DNA of 64,000 nt from positions 1,116,001-1,180,000 of the forward strand of contig CATNEN010000032.1 of the NCBI GenBank assembly GCA_950097015.1. The letters are read 5' to 3'. Positions 23,491 through 35,820 of the stretch are shown here, one piece after another. Numbering within the stretch: position 1 is the stretch's first letter; each line of letters opens with the position of its first letter. Position numbers and translations under genes: made by a program. This stretch comes from Macrostomum hystrix (taxonomy: Eukaryota > Animalia > Platyhelminthes). The notes below the pieces were generated by a model. The model did no database searches. It saw only the letters and a list, made by a program, of their open reading frames with translations, and was not told where the DNA came from.

Positions 23491-26160
23491 TCACCTGACT
23501 GTGTTCTCCCTCAATTCTCCCCACTCACCTGACTGTGTTCTCCCTCAATTCTCCCCACTAACCTGACTGTGTTCTACCCCAATTCTCACTCACCTGACTG
23601 TGTTCTCCCTCAATTCTCCCCCTCACCTGACTGTGTTCTCCCTCAATTCTCCCCACTAACCTGACTGTGTTCTCCCTCAATTCTCCCCACTCACCTGACT
23701 GTGTCCTACCCCAATTCTCACTCACCTGACTGTGTTCTCCCTCAATTCTCCCCACTAACCTGACTGTGTTCCACCCCAATTCTCACTCACCTGACTGTGT
23801 TCTCCCTCAATTCTCCCCACTAACCTGACTGTGTTCTCCCTCAATTCTCCCCACTAACCTGACTGTGTTCTACCCCAATTCTCCCCACTCACCTGACTGT
23901 GTCCTACCCCAATTCTCACTCACCTGACTGTGTTCTCCCTCAATTCTCCCCACTCACCTGACTGTGTTCTCCCTCAATTCTCCCCACTAACCTGACTGTG
24001 TTCTACCCCAATTCTCCCCACTCACCTGACTGTGTCCTACCCCAATTCTCACTCACCTGACTGTGTTCTCCCTCAATTCTCCCCACTAACCTGACTGTGT
24101 TCCACCCCAATTCTCACTCACCTGACTGTGTTCTCCGTCAATTCTCCCTACTCACCTGACTGTGTTCTCCCTCAATTCTCCCCACTCACCTGACTGTGTT
24201 CCACCCCAATTCTCACTCACCTGACTGTGTTCTCCCTCAATTCTCCCTACTCACCTGACTGTGTTCTACCCCAATTCTCACTCACCTGACTGTGTTCTCC
24301 CTCAATCCCCACTCACCTGACTGTGTTCTCCCTCAATCCCCACTCACCTGACTGTGTTCTCCCTGAATTCTCCCCACTAACCTGACTGTGTTCTACCCCA
24401 ATTCTCACTCACCTGACTGTGTCCTACCCCAATTCTCACTCACCTGTGTTCTCCCTCAATTCTCCCCACTAACCTGACTGTGTTCTACCCCAATTCTCAC
24501 TCACCTGACTGTGTTCCACCCCAATTCTCACTCACCTGACTGTGTTCTCCCTCAATTCTCCCTACTCACCTGACTGTGTTTCTACCCCAATTCTCACTCA
24601 CCTGACTGTGTTCTCCCTCAATCCCCACTCACCTGACTGTGTTCTCCCTCAATCCCCACTCACCTGACTGTGTTCTCCCTGAATTCTCCCCACTAACCTG
24701 ACTGTGTTCTACCCCAATTCTCACTCACCTGACTGTGTCCTACCCCAATTCTCACTCACCTGTGTTCTCCCTCAATTCTCCCCACTAACCTGACTGTGTT
24801 CTACCCCAATTCTCACTCACCTGACTGTGTTCCACCCCAATTCTCACTCACCTGACTGTGTTCTCCCTCAATTCTCCCCACTCACCTGACTGTGTTCTCC
24901 CTCAATTCTCCCCACTCACCTGACTGTGTCCTACCCCAATTCTCACTCACCTGACTGTGTTCTCCCTCAATTCTCCCCACTCACCTGACTGTGTTCTCCC
25001 TCCATTCTCCCCACTCACCTGACTGTGTCCTACCCCAATTCTCACTCACCTGACTGTGTTCTCCCTCAATTCTCCCCACTAACCTGACTGTGTTCCACCC
25101 CAATTCTCACTCACCTGACTGTGTTCTCCCTCAATTCTCCCTACTCACCTGACTGTGTTCTCCCTCAATTCTCCCCACTCACCTGACTGTGTTCTACCCC
25201 AATTCTCACTCACCTGACTGTGTTCTCCCTCAATTCTCCCTACTCACCTGACTGTGTTCTACCCCAATTCTCACTCACCTGACTGTGTTCTCCCTCAATC
25301 CCCACTCACCTGACTGTGTTCTCCCTCAATCCCCACTCACCTGACTGTGTTCTCCCTGAATTCTCCCCACTAACCTGACTGTGTTCTACCCCAATTCTCA
25401 CTCACCTGACTGTGTCCTACCCCAATTCTCACTCACCTGTGTTCTCCCTCAATTCTCCCCACTAACCTGACTGTGTTCTACCCCAATTCTCACTCACCTG
25501 ACTGTGTTCCACCCCAATTCTCACTCACCTGACTGTGTTCTCCCTCAATCCCCACTCACCTGACTGTGTTCTCCCTGAATTCTCCCCACTAACCTGACTG
25601 TGTTCTACCCCAATTCTCACTCACCTGACTGTGTTCTCACTCAATTCTCCCCACTCACCTGACTGTGTTCTACCCCAATTCTCACTCACCTGACTGTGTT
25701 CTCCCTCAATTCTCCCCACTCACCTGACTGTGTTCTCCCTCAATCCCCACTCACCTGACTGTGTTCTCCCTCAATTCTCCCCACTCACCTGACTGTGTTC
25801 TCCCTCAATCCCCACTCACCTGACTGTGTTCTCCCTCAATCCCCACTCACCTGACTGTGTTCTCCCTCAATCCCCACTCACCTGACTGTGTTCTCCCTCA
25901 ATTCTCCCCACTCACCTGACTGTGTTCTCCCTCAATCCCCACTCACCTGACTGTGTTCTCCCTCAATCCCCACTCACCTGACTGTGTTCTCCCTCAATTC
26001 TCCCCACTCACCTAACTGTGTTCTCCCTCAATTCTCCCCACTCACCTGACTGTGTTTTCACTGAATTCTCCTAATCACCTCTCTGTATTCTCCCTAATTC
26101 TCCCGCCTAAAATGACTGTACTTCCTCAATTCTCCCTTCAATTCTCTCCTCACCTGACTG
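23491..26160. repeat. 30-33-bp pyrimidine-rich minisatellite (cacctgactgtgttctccctcaattctccccact), about 2.7 kb
   Basis: Direct tandem units with several recurring variants. Confidence 0.97.
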
Positions 26161-26637
26161 TATCTCATCATTTATCCCGAGTTTTATTCTAGAGCAATTT
26201 AAAGCCAGACAAAAGAACTCAATAATAAATAATGTGTCCGCATTTCTACTTTGAGTAGGATTTAGCAGCCATATATGATTAATACAGATATTTATTGCAC
26301 AGGTTTCGATAAAAAAAATAAAAATTATTTACTTATCATTCTGAGTTTCCACTTTTGAAGCAGTGAGCAAAGCGACAACACTATGGTAGCATCAGCAGCT
26401 ACAGCCAAATATGTGGGGCATTTTCCATAGAAGTAATGCATTATTGTTAAAAAAGTAAGCACATCATGCCAGGGCTTATGTTAACAAAGGCTTGACAAAG
26501 CTAGAAGTTAATTGTATGCGAGTTTGCTTAAAGCACAAAAGCGTTTCGTATTTTAGTGATTTGAAGTAGATTATAATTCTTGTAAAAATGGTCAAACAGT
26601 TCAGTACTGGAATTACTGTAAAGTGGGGTGGGTGTTG

Positions 26638-27030
26638 AGGGCTCGTGGGATTGACTGGAATCGAGTGTACATTGGGGTGGGTGAGGAGGGCTCGTGGGAT
26701 GACTGGAATCGAGTGTACATTGGGGTGGGTGAGGAGGGCTCGTGGGATGACTGGAATCGAGTGTACATTGGGGTGGGTGAGGAGGGCTCGTGGGATGACT
26801 GGAATCGAGTGTACATTGGGGTGGGTGAGGAGGGCTCGTGGGATTGACTGCAATCGAGTGTACATTGGGGTGGGTGAGGAGGGCTCGTGGGATTGACTGC
26901 AATCGAGTGTAAATTGGGGTCGGTGAGGAGGGCTCGTGGGATGACTGGAATCGAGTGTAATTTGGGGTGGGTGAGAAGGGCTCGGGGATGACTTGAATCG
27001 AGTGTACATTGGGGTGGGTGAGGAGGGCTC
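26638..27030. repeat. 48-bp minisatellite (gggctcgtgggatgactggaatcgagtgtacattggggtgggtgagga), about 8 copies
   Basis: Direct tandem units. Confidence 0.94.
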
Positions 27031-27989
27031 AGGAAAGACCAACTGTCCCCGCAGGAACAAGATCGGGTGTAAAGATTGATAAGCCTTAGGACCCGTAAGC
27101 CAGACTACACGCAATGTTAATACGATTAAACAAAAGTTGATGCACACCACATGCAATGAAAAAAATTAATTAACAAAAATATATAATATGCAGCTATTTG
27201 TTGATCGTGACATGTAGTAACGTATTGAATGCACTTTAGTAGAAAGTGTAGGCGACAACAACAAAGAAAGGATAAGCACAACACACACACGTACAAAGAT
27301 CAGTAGATCATTTAAATTTGACATGCAGCGCAAAATTAAATAGCAAACTACAGATAAATGTCCATTTAAACCAGTGACCTACTTTTTTCTGACCAAAATT
27401 ACTAGAAGCAGAAAGCGAAAAAATAAAAAAGGAAAACGTAAAAAACTTTCTACAAAAATAGCTAGCTTTCGCGTGAGGCACTACTTAAAAGCGAGCAAAA
27501 ATTGTATTGAGTAGCGAGATAAGCAAAACTCAAATTAAAAAAAGTTAATCATTATGGATCGTTAATTATTTTTTTCAAAGAACTTCTGTATTTACGATTA
27601 ATGTTATAAAAAATGAAAAAATAAAATAGAAATGAACAATCATATCCCATCTAGAAAACCGAGGGACAGTTTATTGCACTGCAATCGGGTAAGGGGCACA
27701 AAGCCATTAATATTGAGAAGATTAGCTTAGCTGTAATATAATTCAGTGAACAAACTGCGTTTTGCGATAGACACTACTAACCAGTCCGCATGATAGTAGC
27801 ATTGCGGACATTTCGCGAGGTTAAAAACTGCAATTCAACATTTCTGACAACTGACAGGGTGGTATAGAAAAATATTTAAGTGTAAAATCATGAACATTAA
27901 AATACGAGATTCATTCTTTCGCGTACAGTTTTTTTTCTGGACAGCTGGAGTAACTATGACTTCACGGCCTCGTCATCTAATTAGTCAAT

Positions 27990-28481
27990 CTAATTTATGA
28001 CATAATCCTCGCCAACAACCCGCTCCGGCAGAGTGGCTACTGGCGGCAGCGGAGCCAGCGCGGGCTCAGCCAGGCTGTGCGTGATGTCGAACAGTGATTG
28101 GTCATCGGTGGCCAGCTGGCTCTCAAAGAAGCCGGACTCCGGCGGCGGGCAGGTCGAGGTGAAATTCTCCTCCGTCACTAGGGGCGCCGGTCGGTGGCTT
28201 TTGTAGCCGCCGCGGCCGCCGCTGACAGCGCTTGAGCTGTCGTCTCGCGTTGTTGACAAAAACGGCTGCGAATCATCGTCACAATAGCCACTGCCTCCGC
28301 CGCCACCGCCGCCGGCGCAGCCGACGCCGCTGCCGCCAGCCGCGGAGTTCTTGCACATCGGAGACAGTTCGGAAACGCCGGTGGTGTTGCTGTTGTTGTT
28401 CCGGCGTCGAAGGCTCAGGCGGCGGAGCAGGTTGATGAAGGATGGGATGCTGCCACCGCTGCCGCTGCCGCTGTTGGAACT
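27990..28481 (-). CDS. Adhesion GPCR, last exon (intracellular C-tail)
   Basis: Pyrimidine-rich acceptor tgtctccttgaacctgacactcgcttcatccag|AGT is phase 0 and joins ...PGGNNK to SSNSGSGSGGSIPSF...; TAG at 27992-27990. An alternative acceptor at 28560 is possible. Confidence 0.7.
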   Translation of the reverse strand, partial: SSNSGSGSGGSIPSFINLLRRLSLRRRNNNSNTTGVSELSPMCKNSAAGGSGVGCAGGGGGGGSGYCDDDSQPFLSTTRDDSSSAVSGGRGGYKSHRPAPLVTEENFTSTCPPPESGFFESQLATDDQSLFDITHSLAEPALAPLPPVATLPERVVGEDYVIN

Positions 28482-28721
28482 CTGGATGAAGCGAGTGTCA
28501 GGTTCAAGGAGACATCTCCGCTGCTGCATTTGCTGCATTGCGTCGTTAACAGTTTTTTCCTGCTCTGACACTAGCTTTCACACCTCCATCGAATCTTCAC
28601 ACCCCAACTCTTTCTAATCTTTACACCTCTATATAACCTTCCCACCTCTTTCTTTTTAGTTATCTTTCTTATACTTACTTTTACTAACTTAACTATATTA
28701 CTAATATTTTAACTTACTTCT

Positions 28722-30832
28722 AATCTTTAAACCTCTTTCTAATCTTTAAACCTCTTTCTAATCTTTAAACCTCTTTCTAATCTTTAAACCTCTTTCTAAT
28801 CTTTAAACCTCTTTCTAATCTTTAAACCTCTTTCTAATCTATAAACCTCTTTCTAATCTTTAAACCTCTTTCTAATCTTTAAACCTCTTTCTAATCTTTA
28901 AACCTCTTTCTAATCTTTAAACCTCTTTCTAATCTTTAAACCTCTTTCTAATCTTTAAACCTCTTTCTAATCTTTAAACCTCTTTCTAATCTTAACGCCA
29001 CTAATTAACCCTTCCCACATCTTTCTAATCTTAACGCCACTAATTAACCCTTCAAACCTCTTTCTAATCTTAACGCCATTAATCAACCCTTCACACCTCT
29101 TTCTAATCCTAACGCCACTAATTAACCCTTCACATCTTTTTCTAATCTTAACGCCACTAATTAACCCTTCCCACATCTTTCTAATCTTAACGCCACTAAT
29201 TAACCCTTCAAACCTCTTTCTAATCTTAACGCCATTAATCAACCCTTCACACCTCTTTCTAATCCTAACGCCACTAATTAACCCTTCACATCTTTTTCTA
29301 ATCTTAACGCCACAAATTAACCCTTCACATCTCTTTCTAATCTTAACGCCACTAATTAACCCTTCAAACCTCTTTCTAATCTTAACGGCACTAATTAACC
29401 CTTCACACCTCTTTCTAATCTTTAAACCTCTTTCTAATCTTTAAACCTCTTTCTAATCTTTAAACCTCTTTCTAATCTTAACGCCACTAATTAACCCTTC
29501 CCACATCTTTCTAATCTTAACGCCACTAATTAACCCTTCACACATCTTTCTAATCTTAACGCCACTAATTAACCCTTTAAACCTCTTTCTAATCTTAACG
29601 CCACTAATTAACCCTTCACACCTCTTTCTAATCCTAACGCCACTAATTAACCCTTCACACCTCTTTCTAATCTTAACGCCACTAATTAACCCTTCAAACC
29701 TCTCTCTAATCTTAATGCCACTAATTAACCCTTCACACATCTTTCTAATCTTAACGCCACTAATTAACCCTTCACATTTCTCTTTCTAATCTTAACGCCA
29801 CTAATTAACCCTTCACATCTCTTTCTAATCTTAACGCCACTAATTAACCCTTCACACCTCTTTCTAATCCTAACGCCATTAATTAACCCTTCAAACCTCT
29901 TTCTAATCCTAACGCCACTAATTAACCCTTCAAACCTCTTTCTAATCTTAACGCCACTAATTAACCCTTCACACCTCTTTCTAATCCTAACGCCATTAAT
30001 CAACCCTTCACACCTCTTTCTAATCTTAACGCCACTAATTAACCCTTCACACCTCTTTCTAATCTTAACGCCACTAATTAACCCTTCACACCTCTTTCTA
30101 ATCTTAACGCCACTAATTAACCCTTTAAACCTCTCTCTAATCTTAATGCCACTAATTAACCCTTCACACATCTTTCTAATCTTAACGCCATTAATTAACC
30201 CTTCAAACCTCTTTCTAATCCTAACGCCATTAATCAACCCTTCACACCTCTTTCTAATCTTAACGCCACTAATTAACCCTTCACACCTCTTTCTAATCTT
30301 AACGCCACTAATTAACCCTTCACACCTCTTTCTAATCTTAACGCCACTAATTAACCCTTTAAACCTCTCTCTAATCTTAATGCCACTAATTAACCCTTCA
30401 CACATCTTTCTAATCTTAACGCCACTAATTAACCCTTCACATTTCTCTTCCTAATCTTAACGCCACTAATTAACCCTTCACACCTCTTTCTAATCCTAAC
30501 GCCATTAATTAACCCTTCAAACCTCTCTCTAATCTTAATGCCACTAATTAACCCTTTACACATCTTTCTAATCTTAACGCCACTAATTAACCCTTCACAT
30601 CTCTTTCTAATCTTAACGCCACTAATTAACCCTTCACACCTCTTTCTAATCCTAACGCCATTAATTAACCCTTCAAACCTCTTTCTAATCCTAACGCCAC
30701 TAATTAACCCTTCAAACCTCTTTCTAATCTTAACGCCACTAATTAACCCTTCACACCTCTTTCTAATCCTAACGCCACTAATTAACCCTTCACACCTCTT
30801 TCTAATCTTAACGCCACTAATTAACCCTTCAC
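28722..30832. repeat. Compound array of 19-bp (aaacctctttctaatcttt) and 39-bp (ctctttctaatcttaacgccactaattaacccttcacac) units filling an aGPCR intron
   Basis: 19-mer blocks at about 28722-28985 and 29410-29475; 39-mer elsewhere. Confidence 0.96.
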
Positions 30833-30848
30833 ACCCTCAGCCCCTCAC

Positions 30849-31508
30849 CTTATTGTTTCCACCCGGAGTGACCTTGGCCTTCCTGCCCGCAGCCGCGGCA
30901 TTCTTCGACTGGCTGGAGCCGCCGGTGCCGCTCATCCTGGCGTGCCTCCTGTTCTGCAGCCAGGCCCTGAGGCACTGCGGAGTGCAGCGGCTCTGCATCA
31001 GGCACTTCTCCCAGCCGTCGCGGATGCGATCGTGGGCGAAGATTTGCGTGAAGAAGATGAAGCAGCCCTGCAGGCCGTTCAGCAGCGTGAAGGCATAGTG
31101 GACAGCCACAAACAGGTGGGTGTGGGCAAAGTAGAACACCAGCCCTAACAGCCAGGTTAGGCCCAGCAGGCCAGCCAGGGTCACTGACAATTTCACCTGG
31201 CGGCGCAGGTAAGGCAGCAGGTCGGGATTCGGACACCTCACAGCGTCGCGCTGAGTAAGTTTGACCAGGACTATAATGAATACGAACAGATTGGCCAAGC
31301 ACACCAGCAGCATGGGAGCCAAGAATGCGTAGTTTGTGCCGAGTTCCTCAGACAGCCAGCACGCCTTCGGCTGCGGCACCGCCGGTGAGTCGGAGTCCAA
31401 GCTGGGCGACTCAAGCTGAATCAGCTGCTGATGACGCAGGCCGGCCGTGATGGCAACGATGATGGCCGGAGCCAGGTAGCTAAGCAGGCAGTAGTGCTGG
31501 AATTTCAC
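30849..31508 (-). CDS. Adhesion GPCR exon, TM4-TM7
   Basis: YLAPAIIVAIT, CWLSEELG..YAFLAPMLLVCLANL, LLGLTWLLG, LLNGLQGCFIF (7TM_2 signatures). Acceptor ccgcag|GTG at 31508; donor AAG|GTGAGG at 30848. Confidence 0.93.
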
Positions 31509-31544
31509 CTGCGGAGATGGCAGTAGTGGGCTGGGATTTGCCAC

Positions 31545-32480
31545 TCTACTTTTCTGATCTGGCACTCTACCTTTATGATCTGTCACTCTACCTTAGTTAT
31601 CTGTCACTCTACCTTTAAGATCTGTCACTCTACCTTTATGATCTGTCACTCTACCTTTATGATCTGTCACTCTACCTTTATGATCTGTCACTCTACCTTT
31701 ATGATCTGTCACTCTACCTTAGTTATCTGTCACTCTACCTTTATGATCTGTCACTCTACCTTTATGATCTGTCACTCTACCTTAGTTATCTGTCACTCTA
31801 CCTTTATGATCTGTCACTCTACCTTTATGATCTGTCACTCTACCTTTATGATCTGTCACTCTACCTTACTTATCTGTCACTCTACCATTCTGAAATGCCA
31901 CTCTACCTTTCTGATCTGTCTGTAACTCTACCTTTATGATCTGCCACTCTACCTTTACTCTCACTCTCACTGCCCAATCTGTCACTCTCACTGCCCAATC
32001 TGTCACTCTCACTGCCTAATCTGTCACTCTCACTGCCCAATCTGCCACTCTCACTGCCCAATCTGTCACTCTCACTGCCCAATCTGTCACTCTCACTGCC
32101 CAATCTGTCACTCTCACTGCCCAATCTGTCACTCACACTGCCCAATCTGTCACTCGCACTGCCCAATCTGTCACTCTCACTGCCTAATCTGTCACTCTCA
32201 CTGCCCAATCTGTCACTCTCACTGCCCAATCTGTCACTCTCACTGCCCAATCTGTCACTCTCACTGCCCAATCTGTCACTCTCACTGCCCAATCTGTCAC
32301 TCTCACTGCCCAATCTGTCACTCTCACTGCCCAATCTGTCACTCGCACTGCCCAATCTGTCACTCTCACTGCCTAATCTGTCACTCTCACTGCCCAATCT
32401 GTCACTCTCACTGCCCAATCTGTCACTCGCACTGCCCAATCTGTCACTCTCACTGCCTAATCTGTCACTCTCACTGCCCA
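31545..32480. repeat. Two adjacent 21-bp minisatellites (tctgtcactctacctttatga; tctgtcactctcactgcccaa) filling an aGPCR intron
   Basis: Switch between unit types at about 31955; both share the tctgtcactct core. Confidence 0.96.
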
Positions 32481-32495
32481 ATCAATCTGTGATAC

Positions 32496-33337
32496 CTTGC
32501 CGAAGGCGGAGTCGACGCCGGGCAGCACAATGATGAGGCTCTTGGCGTACATGATGCCCTCGCAGAGCAGCCAGAAGAACACGCACAGCAGGGCGTACAG
32601 GGTGAGGCCGGAGAGTATCTGGCAGCCCAGGTGGCCCAGAGCTGTCGGGGGATTAAATCCTAGCAGGTACAAAGCGTGCGCAACCAGTAGAGCGAAGCAT
32701 AGGCTGTGATGCACCCGGTGGAGAGTGACCACAGATTTGTCAGCCAGGGGACCGCGAAGCTTGATGGCCAAGTAGGTGATGTTGGTGACCAGCAGGCAGG
32801 CGATGGAGGCGCCAAGGCAAATGTAGGTCAGCACTCGCAGGGCCGTGGAGTGCAGGCGCCACAGGCGGTGGGTCTCGGGTCCTAGCCAGGTGGTGCCGGG
32901 CAGTACAACCGCGGCGAAGCTGGTGAGGTGCTCGCAGCTGCAAGCTGTCTGACTGGCGTCTGACAGTTCGGCCACCGGACGGCAGCCGCGCTCGGAGAGT
33001 GAGGCGTCGGCCTCGAGGAAGACGCAGCGACGCTGGGAGGCGCCAATCTGAGCATCGGCGAGGTGGGGCAGCAGGAGGAGGACGCGAACCGGTGAGGTGA
33101 GGCGGGCCCCGCTGTCCGCGGAGTACAGAGTGGCCTGAACAATCTGCGACGCCACGGGTCGGCCGGCGTTGCCTAGGCGACGAATCAAGCCAGGCAGGTT
33201 GACAACGCAGGTTACCATGGAGACAGGCGGAGAAGCGAACGCGTTGGCGGGCGCCGAGTCGATTAGATTGACTTTGACGGCTGCAGAGTTGGAGTGCATT
33301 GTTGCTGAGCCGGACTTCACGCGGCGGACGGACATGG
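32496..33337 (-). CDS. Adhesion GPCR exon: GAIN subdomain B, GPS motif, TM1-TM3
   Basis: RCVFLEADASLSERGC...TACSCEHLTSFAAVVLP (GPS with HL/T), then LTYICLGASIACLL and FFWLLCEG. Acceptor gcgcag|CC (phase 1); donor AAG|GTATCA. Confidence 0.93.
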
Positions 33338-33392
33338 CTGCGCGGAGGAGAGGGTGTGGGCGGCGATCGATAACCAGGCTGAAGTGTACACT

Positions 33393-33728
33393 GGGGAATG
33401 GGTGGCAGAGCGGTTAACACGTCTGCCTCTCGCACCAAGGTCCCAAGTTCGATTTCACGGCAAGGCCTCAATAATTTGGGGCGCAGCCGCGGAGAGAAGG
33501 CTTGGGGGCTTGTCGTGCAATTTACGCCCTTGAAGGCCAACCTCCAAGGAACAGTGAGAGTGTGCACTGCCTGACGATGAGAAAGTCAGGACAGATGTAC
33601 ACACCTGTGTGAGCGCATGCCTGCGTACAGTACAGTCAGCGAAATGGGCAGAATTGCATCCTTGCTGGGTCTGGTGTCACCAAATGATTTTCCATTGCCT
33701 GCAGCCCTCCTGCAATTATTATTATTAT
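33393..33728 (+). mobile_element. tRNA-derived SINE (second family), apparently full length, (ATT)n tail
   Basis: A box gtggcagagcgg, B box agttcgatttc, body homologous to 57663-58147, ends tgcaattattattattat. Confidence 0.85.
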
Positions 33729-34724
33729 GGGGCTCAATGTACATTAAAGCGTTGTCCTGAATGTACATTAAATATTGGAGTGGATGTACATTAAATAATT
33801 GACCTGAATGTACATTTAATATTGGAGTGGATGTACATAAAAAGTAGAAAGATCACGCTATTTCCCTCCTCTGGCTAAAGACAAGGAATTTCAAATACCC
33901 ACTGCCTACTTCATGAAAGTCGATCATTACGGATCAGTCGAATGCTCCGCCCTGTACGATGAAGACTAACGGAAAATGTTCTGTGTTCGTGTTCTGCATT
34001 TTAAAGGCGATCGGTTGAATATTTTGGGAAATACAGTGAAAATGGGGTTTTTTAAAATACCCCCAGTGTTCTTGCTTCTCTTGTTAAGGAATGGCGCTGA
34101 AAGTGCATTGAGGAATTGGGTCTATATTAGAAACTGAACTAGTAAAAACAATTGCTTTTTAAATTTACATCGGTAAAAATATACTACTAATATACAACTT
34201 ATATTATCTAGCAGTAATATAAACGCGCATTTAATAGATTTTTTTGTAGAACTCAAAACTGTCAGAAAAGCCAGAGCATAAGGGTTAATATGATTCAAAT
34301 ATATGTTAATACTGATCGCAAGCGCTGGCATGTTCGTTTTAAATTTCCGAAATTCGTAAAAGCCAAAAAGTGACTCTCCGCGCACAGATTTAGAATAAAC
34401 ACAGAAGACAAGTTGCAGACAAGATGCAAGTTGCAGAAATTCAAGAAAAGTCTGCAAGATCTGCGTAACATTTGACGAAAATATTTATTGCTTCGGGAAA
34501 AAGCCTTCGCCTGTTTTTATTGCTGTTTAATTTATCATTAGCAATACTTGGGGTTTCTAAAAGAAAATTACGACACAATGTACATTAATGTCCACATATA
34601 CCAATGAACATCAACTTTATCTTTATTTCTACATAGTGCACATAGTCAATAATGTACATCTTAAACAATGGAAATCAACAAAATGCACACTCCAACATAA
34701 TTTGCATTCCTACCAAGTTAGTTA

Positions 34725-34912
34725 TCGAATGTACATGGCGATCGAATGTACATGGCTATCGAATGTACATGGCTATCGAATGTACATGGCTATCGAATGT
34801 ACATGGCTATCGAATGTACATAGCTATCGAATGTACATGGCTATCGAATGTACATGGCTATCGAATGTACATAGCTATTGAATGTTTATGCCTATCGAAT
34901 GTACATAGCTAT
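34725..34912. repeat. 17-bp minisatellite (tatcgaatgtacatggc)
   Basis: About 11 units next to an aGPCR splice donor. Confidence 0.92.
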
Positions 34913-34955
34913 CTAATGCACATTACTAACGAATATACATGAACTCAATACTCAC

Positions 34956-35355
34956 CAATGGCTCGCGAGCCGATGTCAACCTCGGGTACGGCGAACTGCA
35001 GTCCTCGGCCCAAGCTGTCCAGCGCTCGCATCACCGCTCCGGCCGCTTTTGCGAGTCTCCGTTCGTCGCCCTCGCCGTCTTTGCCAGCTTCGTCTTTGCT
35101 TTCGCCTTCGCCGTCTGGCAAATTGGCCGACCAGACCTCTTTGGTGGCGAATGCGGTCACTCCGTCGAGCAGAACCGAGACGGTCTGGCGAAGCTCGCCG
35201 GCCGGAGTCGCCGTGATGTTGTCGCACGCGGAGGCGGCCTCCAGCTCCAGCAAGTCGGCGAAGCGCGAAGCCTCGGTGGCGTTCTTGAATTCGCTGGCGT
35301 TAGCGAAACGGCTGAGCACCTGCGCGATCACTGACGAGTTCCGTGTCTCAGCCAG
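34956..35355 (-). CDS. Adhesion GPCR exon: helical GAIN subdomain A-like region
   Basis: ORF LAETRNSSVIAQVLSRFANASEF...AVMRALDSLGRGLQFAVPEVDIGSRAI. Acceptor cccattgcag|CTG (phase 0); donor ATTG|GTGAGT (phase 1) fits the next exon. Confidence 0.85.
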
Positions 35356-35474
35356 CTGCAATGGGGGTTTCCATTGTGCTTTGATTACTAGCAATCAAAA
35401 ACAAGGTCTGGTCAGTTTGTATTTAAAGGACATATACTTTTTAGATAACAAGTTAGCCAAACTACGAGCGTATA

Positions 35475-35820
35475 CTAGCCAGTCAGAGTGTACATCAGTG
35501 CTTGCCAGAATGTACATCGATACAAGCCAGAATGTACATCAGTGCTAGCCAGACTGTATATTCATGCTTTGACTTACTTGACTTAGCGGCAGGGAGCCTC
35601 CATGACGGACGCAGCGAGAATATATATGCTATCCAGTCATCCAGTCAATCATGCTAGCCAGAATGTACATCCATGCTAGCCAGAATTTACATCCATGCTA
35701 GCCAGAATGTACATCCATGCTAGCCAGAATGTACATCCATGCTAGCCAGAATGTACATCCATGCTAGCCAGAATGTACATCCATGCTAGCCAGAATGTAC
35801 ATCCATGCTAGCCAGAATGT
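35475..35820. repeat. 22-bp minisatellite (gctagccagaatgtacatccat), two blocks
   Basis: Degenerate units at 35475-35560, clean units at 35651-35820. Confidence 0.88.
35578..35628 (-). CDS. Possible 51-nt aGPCR exon (HIYSRCVRHGGSLPLSQ)
   Basis: Strong donor CAA|GTAAGT and phase 0/0 compatibility, but a weak acceptor. Confidence 0.35.

Noticed and set aside
28482-28571. Start of ORF 27990-28571 as an independent gene
   Set aside because: GTG start directly after a stop; better explained as intron sequence before the aGPCR last-exon acceptor at 28482.
33568-33592. cctgacgatgagaaagtcagg (and cctgatgatgagaaagtcagg at about 57723) as a hammerhead or C/D box
   Set aside because: Only 3 nt lie between CUGANGA and GAAA (no stem II) and there is no stem I; it is a simple hairpin in the SINE body. 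No D box accompanies the TGATGA in the 43-bp repeat.
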